From Ramazzottius varieornatus (lineage: Eukaryota; Animalia; Tardigrada), in assembly GCA_001949185.1 (NCBI GenBank), contig BDGG01000002.1, positions 6,438,448-6,502,447 of the forward strand: a stretch of DNA of 64,000 nt, written 5' to 3'. The notes under the pieces are model-generated. The model saw only the letters and a list, made by a program, of their open reading frames with translations, was not told where the DNA came from and searched no databases. The translations under genes were made by a program, and so were the position numbers. Within the stretch, counting starts at the first letter, position 1. The number at the start of each line of letters is the position of its first letter. This document shows, piece by piece, positions 1 through 12,371 of this stretch.

Positions 1-89
1 ATGAATAAGCCAATCGCAAGGGTGTGGGTGGAGCCAATTACATCAGCGTTGTAATTCCACCAGCGGTGTAATCTATCCTTGTAAGCCCT
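1..89 (-). mobile_element. Terminal part of a MITE (family A), truncated by the window start
   Basis: Bases 1-89 are a near reverse complement of 35049-35137. The copy ends ...GTAAGCCCT followed by TA (90-91). Confidence 0.85.
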
Positions 90-90
90 T

Positions 91-258
91 AGTGTACGAC
101 AAAATAAACCGCTAAATATGGGTATTGGATGGAGCCAGATGGATAGAGCCAATGAAATTTGCGCGTGCAGAAAAATATAATTCTCATTGGCTGAGTTGTA
201 AACAAGATCTGGCTGCAGTATTACGCCCATTTTTAACGGTTAATTTTGTCGTACACTG
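91..258. mobile_element. Foldback MITE with (C)AGTGTACGAC termini (Tc1/mariner-like)
   Basis: AGTGTACGACAAAATAAACCGCTAAATATGGG (91-122) is inverted at 226-257 with 3 mismatches. Inner IRs are AGCCAGAT/ATCTGGCT and AGCCAATGA/TCATTGGCT. Confidence 0.75.
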
Positions 259-274
259 CATACGCAAGTGTACC

Positions 275-1880
275 GACACGTCTAGCCAGGAGCTAGAGCA
301 CAACATAACAAACGTGGCAGCCTTCCACTGATTTTAGAAAATTCCATACGTACATGCAAAATGGTGGGACCTTCCTGCATATTTTACAATGATGATTATG
401 TGGCAAAAGTTGCAGTGAAGTACACAACTGCTACTCAGTTCCGCCCGTGATGCGGCGGACAAGTGGCGTCCCTCCTACGCCAAGGTTCGTCGAACTCGCG
501 GAAAACCCACTGAGATTCCGCAATCTTATGGGTTCCTCATCATTAACGTCGCGACTCTCGAAACTAATTGTGCACTCAATGTGCAGCTGTCGTTTGTGCG
601 TGTCATGAATCTTACATGGTGTGAATGTATCAATGGCTCAACAAATCAGATGTTGGTCCTCTACTTTTATAGATAGGGTCCCTCGGTCGTGCACTGTACC
701 AGGAATGCTCTTAGGCTCTGTGGATTCCACAGTAGCCAAAAGCCTTGTAAATCGATGTCGTTTGCGTGATATACGTCGCCAACGTGCCTATTTCTTGTCT
801 TGGTGCTTATCGGCCATGGCCATTAACTTCGGTGTTGTCCCCGTTAGACAAGATTCTAGCTCACGCGCCACGACGGAAATATTACGGGCTGGCCTACAAA
901 ATAACGTCCGCATAAGTTAATAGTTTTGCAAACGTTAGAGGCATCAGCCGTCAAATGGAAGCATCATCCGCCCAAAGCTTTGACGTACGTTTCGTGGCAC
1001 GGATGCCGTCGCGGATCGAATCCGAATACGATCCGGGAAAGCTTTGGGAACTTCAGAGAACGTAGATGACACGTGGATGCAAAACAATCTCATTGTGGAA
1101 GATCTGTATAAAGTTTGTCACATATTCGCTGGTTTCTCGATGTATGAAGAGAATTGCTCCCACTGAAAACAGAACATGGGCTTTCGGTCCTGTTCCGTTA
1201 TCAAATTTGTTTAATTTACTTGGCGGCGCCCTGCGTCATTGTAGAAGTCTTATCATCGGGCATTCTCACGATATCAAGTAAAGATGAGCACTTCAATCGT
1301 CGCCACTGATCAGTAACATAATTGCCCAGATATTCGTCCGATCCATGATAATCATCTGCAACCACCTAAATAAAAATTCACGTGAGACCCCATGCTTTCA
1401 AGTTGATTGCCGATTCTGGGCATGAATTTTAGGGTCTATTATCGTACATAACCGCCATTCTTCACAAGCCAAAGTTTTGGTTGCGGTTGAATCACAGTGC
1501 ATTCCGTTCGCGGAACATGTGCCACACCACGTTGCGTCATGCTTGTACTGTACCTTAACGTTTTTTATCCGCTGGTTCCTTATCATGCGCTTGAATCCAG
1601 AATAAACACCGGTTCTTCGCTTAGCGAAACTGAGGCATCCTTATCTCGCTTGGGCGCCGTTTAATCACTTCGGTATTTGCCTTCTCATACTGTCGTCACA
1701 ATCGGCTGGGGGCTGCCCGTTGCTTCGTCGAAGGATGGAGACTCTGGGCACAACGGCTCAGAACTTAGTCAGGCAGGGGAACCGAGACAGGCCTAGAGGC
1801 TTGCGGATGCCGCACAGCAGGGCTTCCGACCCACCAGTGCGATCTTCCTGCCTGGAAGCACCGTAGTCCTCCTAGCCACA
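275..1880 (+). ncRNA. Candidate long structured non-coding RNA, family unknown
   Basis: No credible ORF. Continuous run of hairpins and multibranch stems, e.g. 388-395/537-544, 714-737, 971-981/1038-1048, 1704-1716/1863-1877, 1770-1780/1843-1854, with G-U rather than A-C mismatches on +. Confidence 0.4.
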
Positions 1881-2151
1881 CCGAACCTGCTCACACCACC
1901 CTCTGCTTTATGACTTGACTAGAAAAGAAGGCACAGTTCTAATTCTAAGGAAACTACAGTATGAGCGAGCAATAAGGAAGTCCATTCATTTTACTGCCGA
2001 ATCGGCTACAATACCGTGATCGCGTACAGTTGTGCTTCCTGTCAGTAACGGCCTGTCAGTAAATGCTGACAAGTTCGAACCACATGTTACTTGTGGAACC
2101 GGAACACATAAGGAATAATCAGTCTGACTTCAACAATATGTATAAATCGAT

Positions 2152-5100
2152 CTAGTCGAAAGGCAGTACGGAAATTTCGTTTGAGAGAACCACAGAAAGA
2201 AACAAAGAAAGATTCCAGACACAAACCTCACTTCCGGGAGAGTTTACAGAAAGTAACTTTGTCATCTTGATGGTACACTCACATCTTTTCCTCCACGTCG
2301 CGTTGTCCATTGACATTCTGGAAGAACCCACGAGAGATACACCGATTGCCACTATCGCGGCTAGATCTTCGGGTGTGACTAAGCATTTCAGACGTTCTTC
2401 AGACGAGTGGACCAGCAAAAGGCTTTGAGCGAACTGTAGTAGAGCTCTCTGAGCATCCACAGGAAGCCCAAGTTTCGTCGTCTTCAACAAGGGACTTAGC
2501 AGTGCGTGGGCATCATAGATCGCACGGCGCTTCGACCTTAGTAGGTCAACCATACAGTTCTCCGCACAGATGACCAACATACTCACTATCTGCACGTCTT
2601 CCGAAGGACCTAGAAAGATTTCCATGTGAACGAGATACTTAAAACATTCAAAAATTCAGATTATTCGTTATTATTTGAAAAACGAGTTCATTAATGCATT
2701 ACATGATAGCTGGTAAGCGAGCCATGTGAACAGGCCATGCGACTTGACCAACGCTCGTCCCACGAAAGGTATTCTGGAAGCGGCGAGAAAAACTTCCGTG
2801 ACAAGATGGCTATGTGCTGGAGTTGACAAGGGAGAGTTGCACAGCGACATGACCAGTTCCCAGACGTGAGTACGAGAGCAGATCTCGAAGTCGCTGTAAT
2901 GTCTCACTCCGTCTCGAAGAACTTCTAGCATGAACGTTCTTTCCTTTACATGCGTCAAGTTTCCGCTTTCGAAAAGCTTGTAGAACTCGGGAACGGAGTC
3001 CAGGTTGGGCATTGGTTTGGTCAGCAAGAACTCCATGATGATCTGGTACATGTGATTTCGACTGTCCAGCATCATCCTACATAAAGAAGGAAACGAATTC
3101 TAAATGGGACAGCATAGTGCGCCAGAGACGCGCAAAATTTCGTGTATCTGCATACATCAACCTAGCAGAAACTGCGATGTTCTGGTATGCAGGTACATGT
3201 CACACCCAGCTCACGTGATCATGCAAGTCAGTAACCTACAAGAAGAAGCGGTGTAGCATGGTGGTCCACAAACTCGGCCACGGTTTATCAGCGTTGCTCG
3301 CTCGACGAATCATCTGCAGGATATAGCGCAGTTGCTCTTTCCCTTTGAAGTGCGTCGGGTCAATCTTGTCCTCCAATATCTTCAAGCAGGCACATGCCGC
3401 TCCCCGTATACCTTTGTCCAGACTAGCCAGCGCCGCGACTAAGAACCCCAGGCATCCTGACTCGATGAAGTTAGTCACATTGATCTTGGGACCATGTAGG
3501 AGGTTGAAGAAGTTGGGTAGTAGGTAAGCGGGGTCGTAGATGCGGCCATCGATGAACTCGGCATTCGACCTGTTTAGCGGAAGTCGAACAGGAAACTCGG
3601 CGACGGTTCTTTGCAGCGTACTTGTTTGTAGCCCTTCCATAAACTCCGCTAAAATATCCAAAAAATTTCAGCCCATTCTCACGTAAGTAATGTACGAGGC
3701 GGAGTATGATTCAATCAGTTTTGTTTGAGTCAGTAATTACTGAAGTGTTACCTAGAGTAACTTCCCGTGCGAGGTCGACGCCGCTTCGTTCACGGCGTTG
3801 CTGCAGTTTCTGTCCGATTTTTCCGAAAGCCGAATACGAGATGGAGCTAGAAAAACACTCGGATGTATTAGTGCTTTCGGACCTTCGTAGAATGCACAGT
3901 ATGGTTTGGTCTGCTTCAGAAAGGGTTCCTCCATACGAACTCAGCAGGAGGTCCATCAGCTTGACGTTGAGTAACTCGGAACTTCTTTCAACGAGATGCA
4001 GTAATAACTGCGCTGTTTGAGTCCGCAAACGTTCCGCCGCGACCTGTCGCTCCTTCTCTCTGATTTTTTTCTCAACTTTGTCGCGACTAGGCTGAAAAAT
4101 TATGAACTAATAATTAAGTGTCGGTTTGTGAATTAAGCGAGGAATCTTGATCTGGAAATTAGTACGAAAAATTATTCCAAGTTGTTGTTATGTCGTACCT
4201 GAAAGACCTCCATGCCTTCTTTGCTGTGAACAAATTCCGTTTCAAAGCTCGCCAGCTCTTCCTCCATCTTCTGCGACAACTCCTCCATCAGCGACGCTTC
4301 AATCTGTACGGCAGGAATATCTCTTTCGAACATCGTAGAGTCCAGTAAAAGATACCGGACAAACTGCTCCTCTATGATCCGTTTTCTTTCAGCTTCGACT
4401 TGATCCATCTTCGCCCTGGCGCTTTCGTAACATGACGCGACCAACTGTGGATCCACTGCTCTTTGCGACAGTAACCGAACGTAGTCCTTCCGCTCGTTCG
4501 GGTTCAGCAAGAAACACATCTTGTACGCACGGAGTAAACAGCCATACAGAAACTTCAGAAAGACGAAAGAAACTTCAACCGACTGCTTGTCAGCGAAACC
4601 CTCGGTTAACATCTCGCTATCGATGCAAGAAGGTAGAAAGAAGGCTAATGCGCATTGCACTCGGCTCGGTCCTGTAATCTTGGCCAACCTCGAAGGGGCG
4701 TGGAGTTCTCCATAGACCGCAGACAACCACCCCATCATCCCTTTCCACTTCTCGGACTCGCGTGGCACGAAGCCGGGTTTCCAACTAGGCAGAAAATGGA
4801 TGAGTTGGTCCGGTGCGGAAATCAGGATGGTCTTGGCTAGCTGTCGATGATACGGTGATGAGAAGGACATGGTTCGAAGAAGCTCGGTCAGGACGTGGTT
4901 GCAGTTCTTCGGGCCAGTACCAAAAGCCCGATCTTGAAAGACTATGCCGAACTTTGAGGACGAACAGACTTCGGTGAGGAAGTGGAGCGCCATGTCTTTC
5001 ACTCGGGTGCGTTCTTCGAGGATCACCGTTGACAAGGCTTCATCCTCGACAAACTCTTTCTCTGACTTCTTATGTCCTGACCAGAGAAACAGCTTGGATA

Positions 5101-6021
5101 TCTGCTTCAAGGAGGTCTGGTTGAACAAAAGGATCTTTGTAGTCTTTGAGATTGCCATGTTCTTGACGACGCGATCTAGTAGCGTTGACAGGAAAAGGTG
5201 AATGAGTTCCGATCTAAGAAACAATTCAAAACGAAAATGATTTACATAATTAACAACGATTTACGTAGATATTTGATGGAAATTCAACACGGAGTGCGCT
5301 CTCACCGATCAACAACGAGCCCAGGAAAGAACGAAGCAAGGACGCCCTTGGTTTCAACAAGCATTCGGACGGAAACCGAATCCCCGAACATCAGCATCGC
5401 TATGATGAAGTGTATCGTACATGCGCGAACATCTTGAGGGTCCACGGTGTTCCTCCTCGTCACTAGACTGGACATGTTACTGGAAGGGAAACTGAAGTGT
5501 GTCAGAATGAGCTTGACACTCCTGTTCCCCAGTGTCGCTAACGCTATCAGCAGCTTCAGCGCGGATTTGATCTGGTTGGACTTGTTGGTTGTCTTGAGCA
5601 TATAGTAGAACGTCTTTCCGTGCTTAGACAGGAGTTCTTCCGCTAATTCCATCACGAAGCTTTCACCTGCAGAGTCGGAAGCCAACATCAGGATGATTTT
5701 TTCCAGAACGGCGAAGATGAGAGCGATGTCGACAGCTTTGAGCTTCTGAGCGTCGTTGAGCAGCGTGGCGATCTCGGCACCGGAAGTATGTCTTGTTAAG
5801 TCGCTTGTCAGCTTCTCGCCGTTCAAGTCCAACGCGTCCAGGAACTGTTGCAGTGCTGTGAAGCTTGTCCCTGGTTCCCTTACGGCGCGGAGGAAGTCAG
5901 CAACGACAGAGAGAGGTATAGAGTTGGAGCGACTATGGTAGTTGTTATCCTGCAACTTCTGCCTCGACACAGCCGTAATGTCGGCGCGCCGTCTTGTACT
6001 TGTGAATGTTCTGGATGCCAT
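2152..6021 (-). CDS. URB1: Nucleolar pre-ribosomal-associated protein 1 (URB1/Npa1), multi-exon; 3' end uncertain
   Basis: N-terminal Npa1-like segment (SALKLLIALA, DVRACTIHFI, TKILLFNQTSL, GIVFQD..G) and C-terminal NopRA1-like segment (YDPAYLLP, GCLGFLVAALAS, PNLDSVPEFYKLF, ERTFMLEVLRDG). The ORF pieces join through GT-AG introns. Confidence 0.88.
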
Positions 6022-6909
6022 TTTGTATCCCTCGTATGCCCGAAGCACCTTACCTATGATGACAAAGAACATGAATGGAGCAACAAGTGGATCACCGATG
6101 GAGTATTTCCGGTACGTCTCACGGTCATCTTAGTTACAGCGACGCACTCACAGAATATGTCCGTCGAGGTTTCCTTCAAGATATAGCTTGCATCACTTCG
6201 GTGAATTCAGTCAAGACATCCAACGGCCACATCAAAGTACGACTTCCTCCTCGAGTGGATGTGGTTTCAGCCTTCAGCTCGATCGACCTCTCTGCAGTCT
6301 GAACTCTAGAGGAAAAGGAGGACAGTCACTTTGTTAGTTGGAGCTCAGAACGTCAAAAAGATTGCGAAATGGTCAATGGTGATTGGTGATCAGTAATTCA
6401 AACCTCGGGGCGGGGGGGCAGCCCCTCTCCTTAACACTATGACCTTTTCCCAAAAGTTTCTCCTGCGTATGTTTGGCACTTTGGTCTTTGGGTAGGCTCA
6501 ACCAGAGTGGCTCAACCTTGAGCGCTTCTGCTGCCTGCAACTGGCATGACCAAGTTTCCTAAAACGTGGATGTTAAGCCCTTTCAGAAGCATCTTGAATC
6601 TTGATCTTGGAGGTCGCGGTCGGAGCTATGTTATGGATTATGGAGCGACGGAGCTCATCTTCGGTTGACCCAATGCCACTGGTAAGTAGGGTATCCCAGA
6701 GCTGGACATCTCTGGAATGTCGATCGCAGTCAGGATCGTATTCTTATGCTGCTCTTTCAAAATTGAACTGAACTCCAGTGTGTGTACGGTGCAATGTACA
6801 GTATATAGCTGCGTTGCTCAGTAGCCACTGGCCATCGTGCTCTGAAGTTGAATCCTTTTTCTGACTTAGCTTTGACAACTGATTCCTGCGCCACCACATC
6901 GCACTTCCA

Positions 6910-9051
6910 ATGGACATCATGCTGAAGACAGCATTCGTACAACTTGCGTTGCTTTGCCTAATACGGCAGAGCTTATCTCGTGGAGCTGCGCAGGACCAAT
7001 CAGCTGACTTTGACGGTGATCTGGAGATCCAACCCCATTTGGTAGAAGGCTCCGAGTACAACTACAAGGACAATTTCATGAAGAACGAAGAACGCCAAAA
7101 TGGAAAGTGTGTCCCAGTCGGAATTCCTCTTTGTCAAGACCTCCCTTACAACATGTCTATCATGCCCAACATACTGGGCCATCACAGTCAAGAAGAAGCT
7201 GGTCTGGAAGTCCACCAATTCTTCCCGTTGGTCAAAGTCAACTGCAGCCCGCATCTGCAAGTGTTCCTGTGCTCGGTTTATGCTCCCGTCTGCACCATCA
7301 TGGATCATCCCATTCCTCCATGCAGAGAGCTGTGTGAGGCAGCGCGAGCTGGCTGTGAGAAGCTCATAGTGAAATTCGGCTTTACTTGGCCTGCGCACTT
7401 TGAATGCTCAAAGTTCCCTACTCAGAAGATTGGCAAGCTTTGCGTAACCAAAGAAAACACCACTGCTACTACCAACAAATACTCCACCACAGACCAAAAC
7501 ATTCCTTCGACTGTCCTCGATCAGTCCAGTAAGACTAATATCCGCAATATCCTCCTATGAAAATTTACATAATAGTTTTCTGTTTACAGTGAGTGACAAC
7601 TCAATGGAGCAATCCAGTTCTTCCTTTGCATGTCCGCCTCACCTTGCCATAATCGACGACGAATACTCCGTGAAGACCGGTGGAAAAGTCGTTCCACGCT
7701 GTGGTCTTCCATGTGACGGCGAGCAGGCGTTTTACAAAGAATCCGACATTTGGTTCGCGCGAAGCATCGTCGGACTTTGGGCCGCTTTCAGCGCCGCTCT
7801 AACCCTTTTCACACTCGTTACATTCCTCATCGACCGCCAGCGCTTCCCGTACCCGGAACGTCCTGTCATCCACATGGCGCTGGCTTCACTCATCATGGCG
7901 GTCGTGTATATCGTGGGATACTTCAATAAGAACGAAGTGACGTGTGCTGAGGGGACATGGAGGGATCCACTGGATGGATCACCCATGATGCTGATTGCCC
8001 AAGGCTTCAACCACAGCAGACTGTGTACTTTCTTGTCCATGACGCTGTACTTCTCGCAGTTGGCTCTGTCGCTGTGGTGGGTCAACTTGACCATTGCGTG
8101 GTTCTTGAGTACGGGTCTCCATTGGGCGAGCGAAGCCATCGAGGAACGAAGCCATTACTTCCTTCTGTCAGGTAAGGTAATTCGTGTGGCCTTTCCTTGG
8201 ACTCGTACAAGACCTTTCTCACAACCCACAGTTTGCTGGTCGAACCGTCGAACTAAGTCCAGCAGTCGAAAACCCACCTAAACGTCACGGACGTACATAC
8301 TGGTCCAATGTTGCTGTAGCGTGTGCTTCCGTATGTTGGTGCATTACAGTTTCAATCAGATTTTCCGAACGCGTTCTTCTTGTAGTTATTCCGCATGGGG
8401 AACATGTGTGTATTTTTAGGATGGGCTCTACCAGCTGCCATGGCTATCGGGATGCTGTTCCAAGGCGGGGTGACAGCCGACATTCTAACAGGTGTCTGTT
8501 ACATCGGCCTGTGGGACCTGAAGGTCTCCCTCCTATGGGTCTTGTGTCCGTTAGGTGCCTGCCTGGGCTTGGGTGTTCTGATGCTTTTAGGAGGTTTCAT
8601 CGCCATGTTCAAGCTCCGAACATACCTTCAGAAAGCCAACAACCAGTGTCCAAAGCACGACACCTACGTGCTGAGGATCCTTGTGTTCGCTGTTGTCTAC
8701 GTTGTTCCCATGGTGGCTGTCATTGGCTCTTTGGCTTACGAACAGCACAACTTTGACAAGTGGATGGTCACTTGGCAAGAACACAGCTGCAACACGTTCA
8801 AGCCCATGACCTGTCCGTCCCAGTCCCCGGAATACCGTAATGGGGAACTGGCGCTGGAGAAGCCGAGCTTTTGGATTGTGGTCATGAAGTACTTGGCGTA
8901 CTTGACTGTACCGCTAACGGCCCTTGTGTGGATTTTCTCGCGAAAGACAGCTCAAAGCTGGAGCAAGTTTTACACTAAAGCTTGCAAGTGCGGAACGGGA
9001 TATGACCAACCGGCACATCAGTATCAAGCTCAATACCAATCGCAACTGTGA
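6910..9051 (+). CDS. fz: Frizzled-1/2/7-class Wnt receptor (3 coding exons)
   Basis: Signal peptide, 10-Cys CRD ([18 protein letters not shown]), RFPYPERP, 7TM, KTAQSW (KTxxxW motif). Introns at about 7530-7588 and 8172-8419. Confidence 0.93.
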
Positions 9052-9464
9052 AGGTTCCTTCCTTCCTTCCTAATACTTTTAAAAATATACTCAATGCTTT
9101 TTGTTACCGTTTTATACTCTTAACTTTGAAGCCGCCAGAAGTATCGTATCCTTGTTTTACCACTGTTTTGTACCACTATGGACTCTTCCTGTTTCTACTC
9201 TACAGCTGCATTTTTGTTTTCACTGATCTCTGTTTTATGCTTGTGCCTTTTTTGTTGCATTGTAATTTTCCATACTCGCTACTGAAAACAGTGTCCATAC
9301 GACTTGTGACAAATCTTTTCTGTGTAACAATAATATAAGTATTAAAACTTTCAAGCAACCGAAAAGAACCGGGCAAAAAAATCAGAATAGGAAAAGAGCT
9401 CAAAAGCCCAGGGAATGGCCTGAAATAAAAAAGGTAGAAAACCAGAGGAAACAGTAGGAAGATG

Positions 9465-10984
9465 TTACAACTCGAATCGATTACTAGAAACCGGGGCGGA
9501 TGGAGCAAAAGGTATCACATTTGGTTCGTTAGGAGAAGGTTGAGCCAGTTCGGGTTTAGCTTCTAGCGCCTTCTTGAACATCTCCAGGTGGATCAGACTA
9601 CTGGACAAGCGCCCTAGCGTATTCCACAAGGACACAATCTCGCTTCGTTTCAAATTTAAGTTCTCCATGTGCGCTGTGTCCGAAAAGAGAATCTTTAAGG
9701 CAGTCCCAATGCCTTGTGTCTGCACTTTCCCCCACAACCGACACTTCTCACAACCCACACAATCCATAATACGGGAGATATTACGGAAGTGGTGCCGGAA
9801 CTGCTCTTTGTGTATATGGTCCCCACAGAACAGTTTGTGTTCATCGAAACGCAAACGAAAGTGAGAAAGGGAATGGAGGAACTGTCGGATGTCTTTTCGA
9901 ATTAGCTCGTCATCGACTGGGTCGCCCGTATAGAACTGTTCGGCGTATAACCGAGGCGAAGCTTTGAGGACTGCTCGAAGAACCATCGAGTAAGTAAAGT
10001 AAAGGTTTCTGACCCGGCTACTTCCTTCATTGTCGGTGACTGAATCGTCAAACCGACGGAAGAACTCTTCGTAGTTGGGCCCCCACCGACCAAAGGGATG
10101 CAGGTACTCGGCGCATAAGTGCATACTTATACTGGAATGAAGACCGGAGATGAGACGGTAGAACGCTTTCTTTTCCACACAGGTCTCTAGCTGCATAGCC
10201 CGAGCCAGCGAGTACGCGGAGAACTCTTCGGACGGTTTGAAGCAGTTCTCTTCGTAGATGGCTCGCCAGATCCTGTTAGCCGGCGGTCCCGAATAACCCG
10301 TATACCTGAACAGAAATGAGTTTAGACCAACGACACCTAAATATCTTAAATAATTATAGACCCATTGGAAATATGTAATTTTGAGTAAGTACTTTTATAC
10401 GTAAATAAGTACCGTTCCGGATTCTTTGAGAGATCGATGTATGTGCAGTCCGACGAGTCTTCGTCGTCCATCACACAAAAATTGTCATCGTTCAAACCTT
10501 CCCAGTTCGACACATCCACCTTCTGCTCGTTCGTTAAACTGGTGTCAACCGAACTCAGCTCTTTTTCCATCGCACAGGCCTTGTCCATCTGTCCCTGCGA
10601 GGGTGTCTTGGCCGAAGGGAGGCTACGAAGGCTGACCGGAAGTTCCTCTCGGGTACAGGTCTCGACTGCGCAGTCACGAATGGAACACCGATCATGGTCA
10701 ACCCAAAAAGGACATTCGCGCTCTAGGTTCACCTTAAAGTACCGGAAGAACACTCGACCCATCATCTGCTGTAGCAGAGGGTTGACGGTCTGTTTGTTAA
10801 ATGTTTCCAGGGAGTGTTCATCGCACTCGCAGGGTATCACGTCGATGTTGGAACTACATATACAGTCTCCTGTCTTCCCATCTTCGGGTGCCGGGACATG
10901 ATAATGACCACATTCCGCAGAATGCTGGTGACCATCTCGCGAAGCAGTAGCGATCGATAGTAGAAGCAGGAACGCGAAGACCAT
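9465..10984 (-). CDS. ERO1: ER oxidoreductin 1
   Basis: FFRYFKVNL..CPFW, NPERYTGY, LISGLHSSI, ISRIMDCVGCEKCRLWGK. One intron at about 10306-10411. An alternative upstream ATG lies at 11011. Confidence 0.96.
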
Positions 10985-11729
10985 CCGCGTAACACCTCGG
11001 ACGTTAACCATCAGGTACCTATAAATATCAGAAAACATCAATGAGAAGACTATTGCAGAGGCCATGGTTACATGTAAACTTCTTTGTCTCAATCAATCGC
11101 AGCACATTTCCAAAGCGTCTCACCATCGGTTCTACGTTGAGTGCGAACAATCAGATCAGTCATGAGCAAATTCAGGTGGCTAAGATTCCAGGGAGAACAT
11201 AAAGGAGAGTCAGCTATCCTTACTTCAGGAGTTGTCCATGGAAACGCAAGCATCCGCGCCGTGATCACGCCAAGTTACAACCGATGCACGTCGAACAGGA
11301 GAAGGATATGCAAACGTTCCACCGTCCCCCGTCGGTCCGTATGGAGAAGGGGAAGAATCAGAAATTCAGAACGAGAGGAAAGCCTATAAGTCATAACTAG
11401 GTGGACGAATGCGCTTATGCCACGACGTGTGATTACGCTTGGTCATGTCATATCTCTGGTCGTACGAAAGGGTCATACCATTTCCATTGTGCTGAAGATA
11501 AAGTCATGTCATATTACATGACGTCACACACGATATTGTTTCCTTGTAAACATGTGACGTAATTGAATGATACTAACAGAGTGATACTAATCCTTTTCCG
11601 TAAATTCCATCTTTACCGAATACCGATTCCCAAAAGCTTATTCGGATTCTTCGTCCCCTTTGCACAGCAGTCACAGCTGGCTAGTTTTTCGTTTGGTTCT
11701 TGAGTGGAGTGCCAAGCTTAGTACCAGGA

Positions 11730-12371
11730 ATGAAGCTGAAAGATCTGGAATCACTGCTGCAAGACTGCAAAGGTTTTGAGCGCCCGCGGATCGAGCTGGA
11801 GCAGTATGTAACCCCGCCTCATCTGGCAGCTCGGTTCCTCTTCTCGATCGAGCAGTCCTACAACGACATTGAGAGCAAGAATGTTGCTGACCTGGGCTGC
11901 GGACCTGGACGCCTGTCGGTTGGTGCATCACTGCTGGGAGCGGACATCGTCTACGGCTTCGACATCGACCAGTACGCCCTGGATATCTTCAAAGAAAACA
12001 GTCTAGACTCAGAAGTGAACAATGCGGAGACTGTGCTGATGGATGTGACGAGCTTGCAGAACCCTACGCACAGTAGTTTTCCTGGCTTCTTCGATACGGT
12101 TGTTACGAATCCGCCGTTCGGGACGAAGAACAACAAAGGCATCGATGTGCAGTTTCTACTGGCCGGACTTAACTTGAGCAATCATGCTGTTTATTCCTTC
12201 CACAAGACCTCGACGCGGGATTTCTTTATGCGGAAAGCAAGGGAATGGAAAGTGGATATGGAAGTGATCGCGGAGATGAAGTTTGACTTGTCACACACTT
12301 ATTCGCGACATAAGCAGGCTTCGGTAGACATTGCGGTGGATCTCTTGAGAACTGTTCACAAAAGCAAGTGA
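11730..12371 (+). CDS. METTL5: 18S rRNA N6-adenosine methyltransferase METTL5, single coding exon
   Basis: LEQYVTPPHLA, DLGCGPG SAM motif, NPPFGTK catalytic motif, VYSFHKTSTR. Confidence 0.95.
   Translation: MKLKDLESLLQDCKGFERPRIELEQYVTPPHLAARFLFSIEQSYNDIESKNVADLGCGPGRLSVGASLLGADIVYGFDIDQYALDIFKENSLDSEVNNAETVLMDVTSLQNPTHSSFPGFFDTVVTNPPFGTKNNKGIDVQFLLAGLNLSNHAVYSFHKTSTRDFFMRKAREWKVDMEVIAEMKFDLSHTYSRHKQASVDIAVDLLRTVHKSK

Noticed and set aside
500-512. AAAACCCA as a possible telomerase template
   Set aside because: Less than one repeat unit, buried in a stem, and the species' telomere sequence is unknown.
621-1586. Short ORFs in the structured tract
   Set aside because: Non-ATG starts or random-looking composition, with no splice support.
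1717-1790. Loose resemblance to a 28S rRNA segment (CCGTAACTTCGGGA.AAGGATTGG...CTCAGAACT...CAGGGGAATCCGAC)
   Set aside because: Similarity is patchy, flanking universal rRNA motifs are absent, and local pairing differs.
11730-12371. Intronless METTL5 as a retrocopy
   Set aside because: No poly(A) tail or TSD, motifs intact, and the ERO1 and SUCLG2 genes also have long exons. Simple intron loss suffices.
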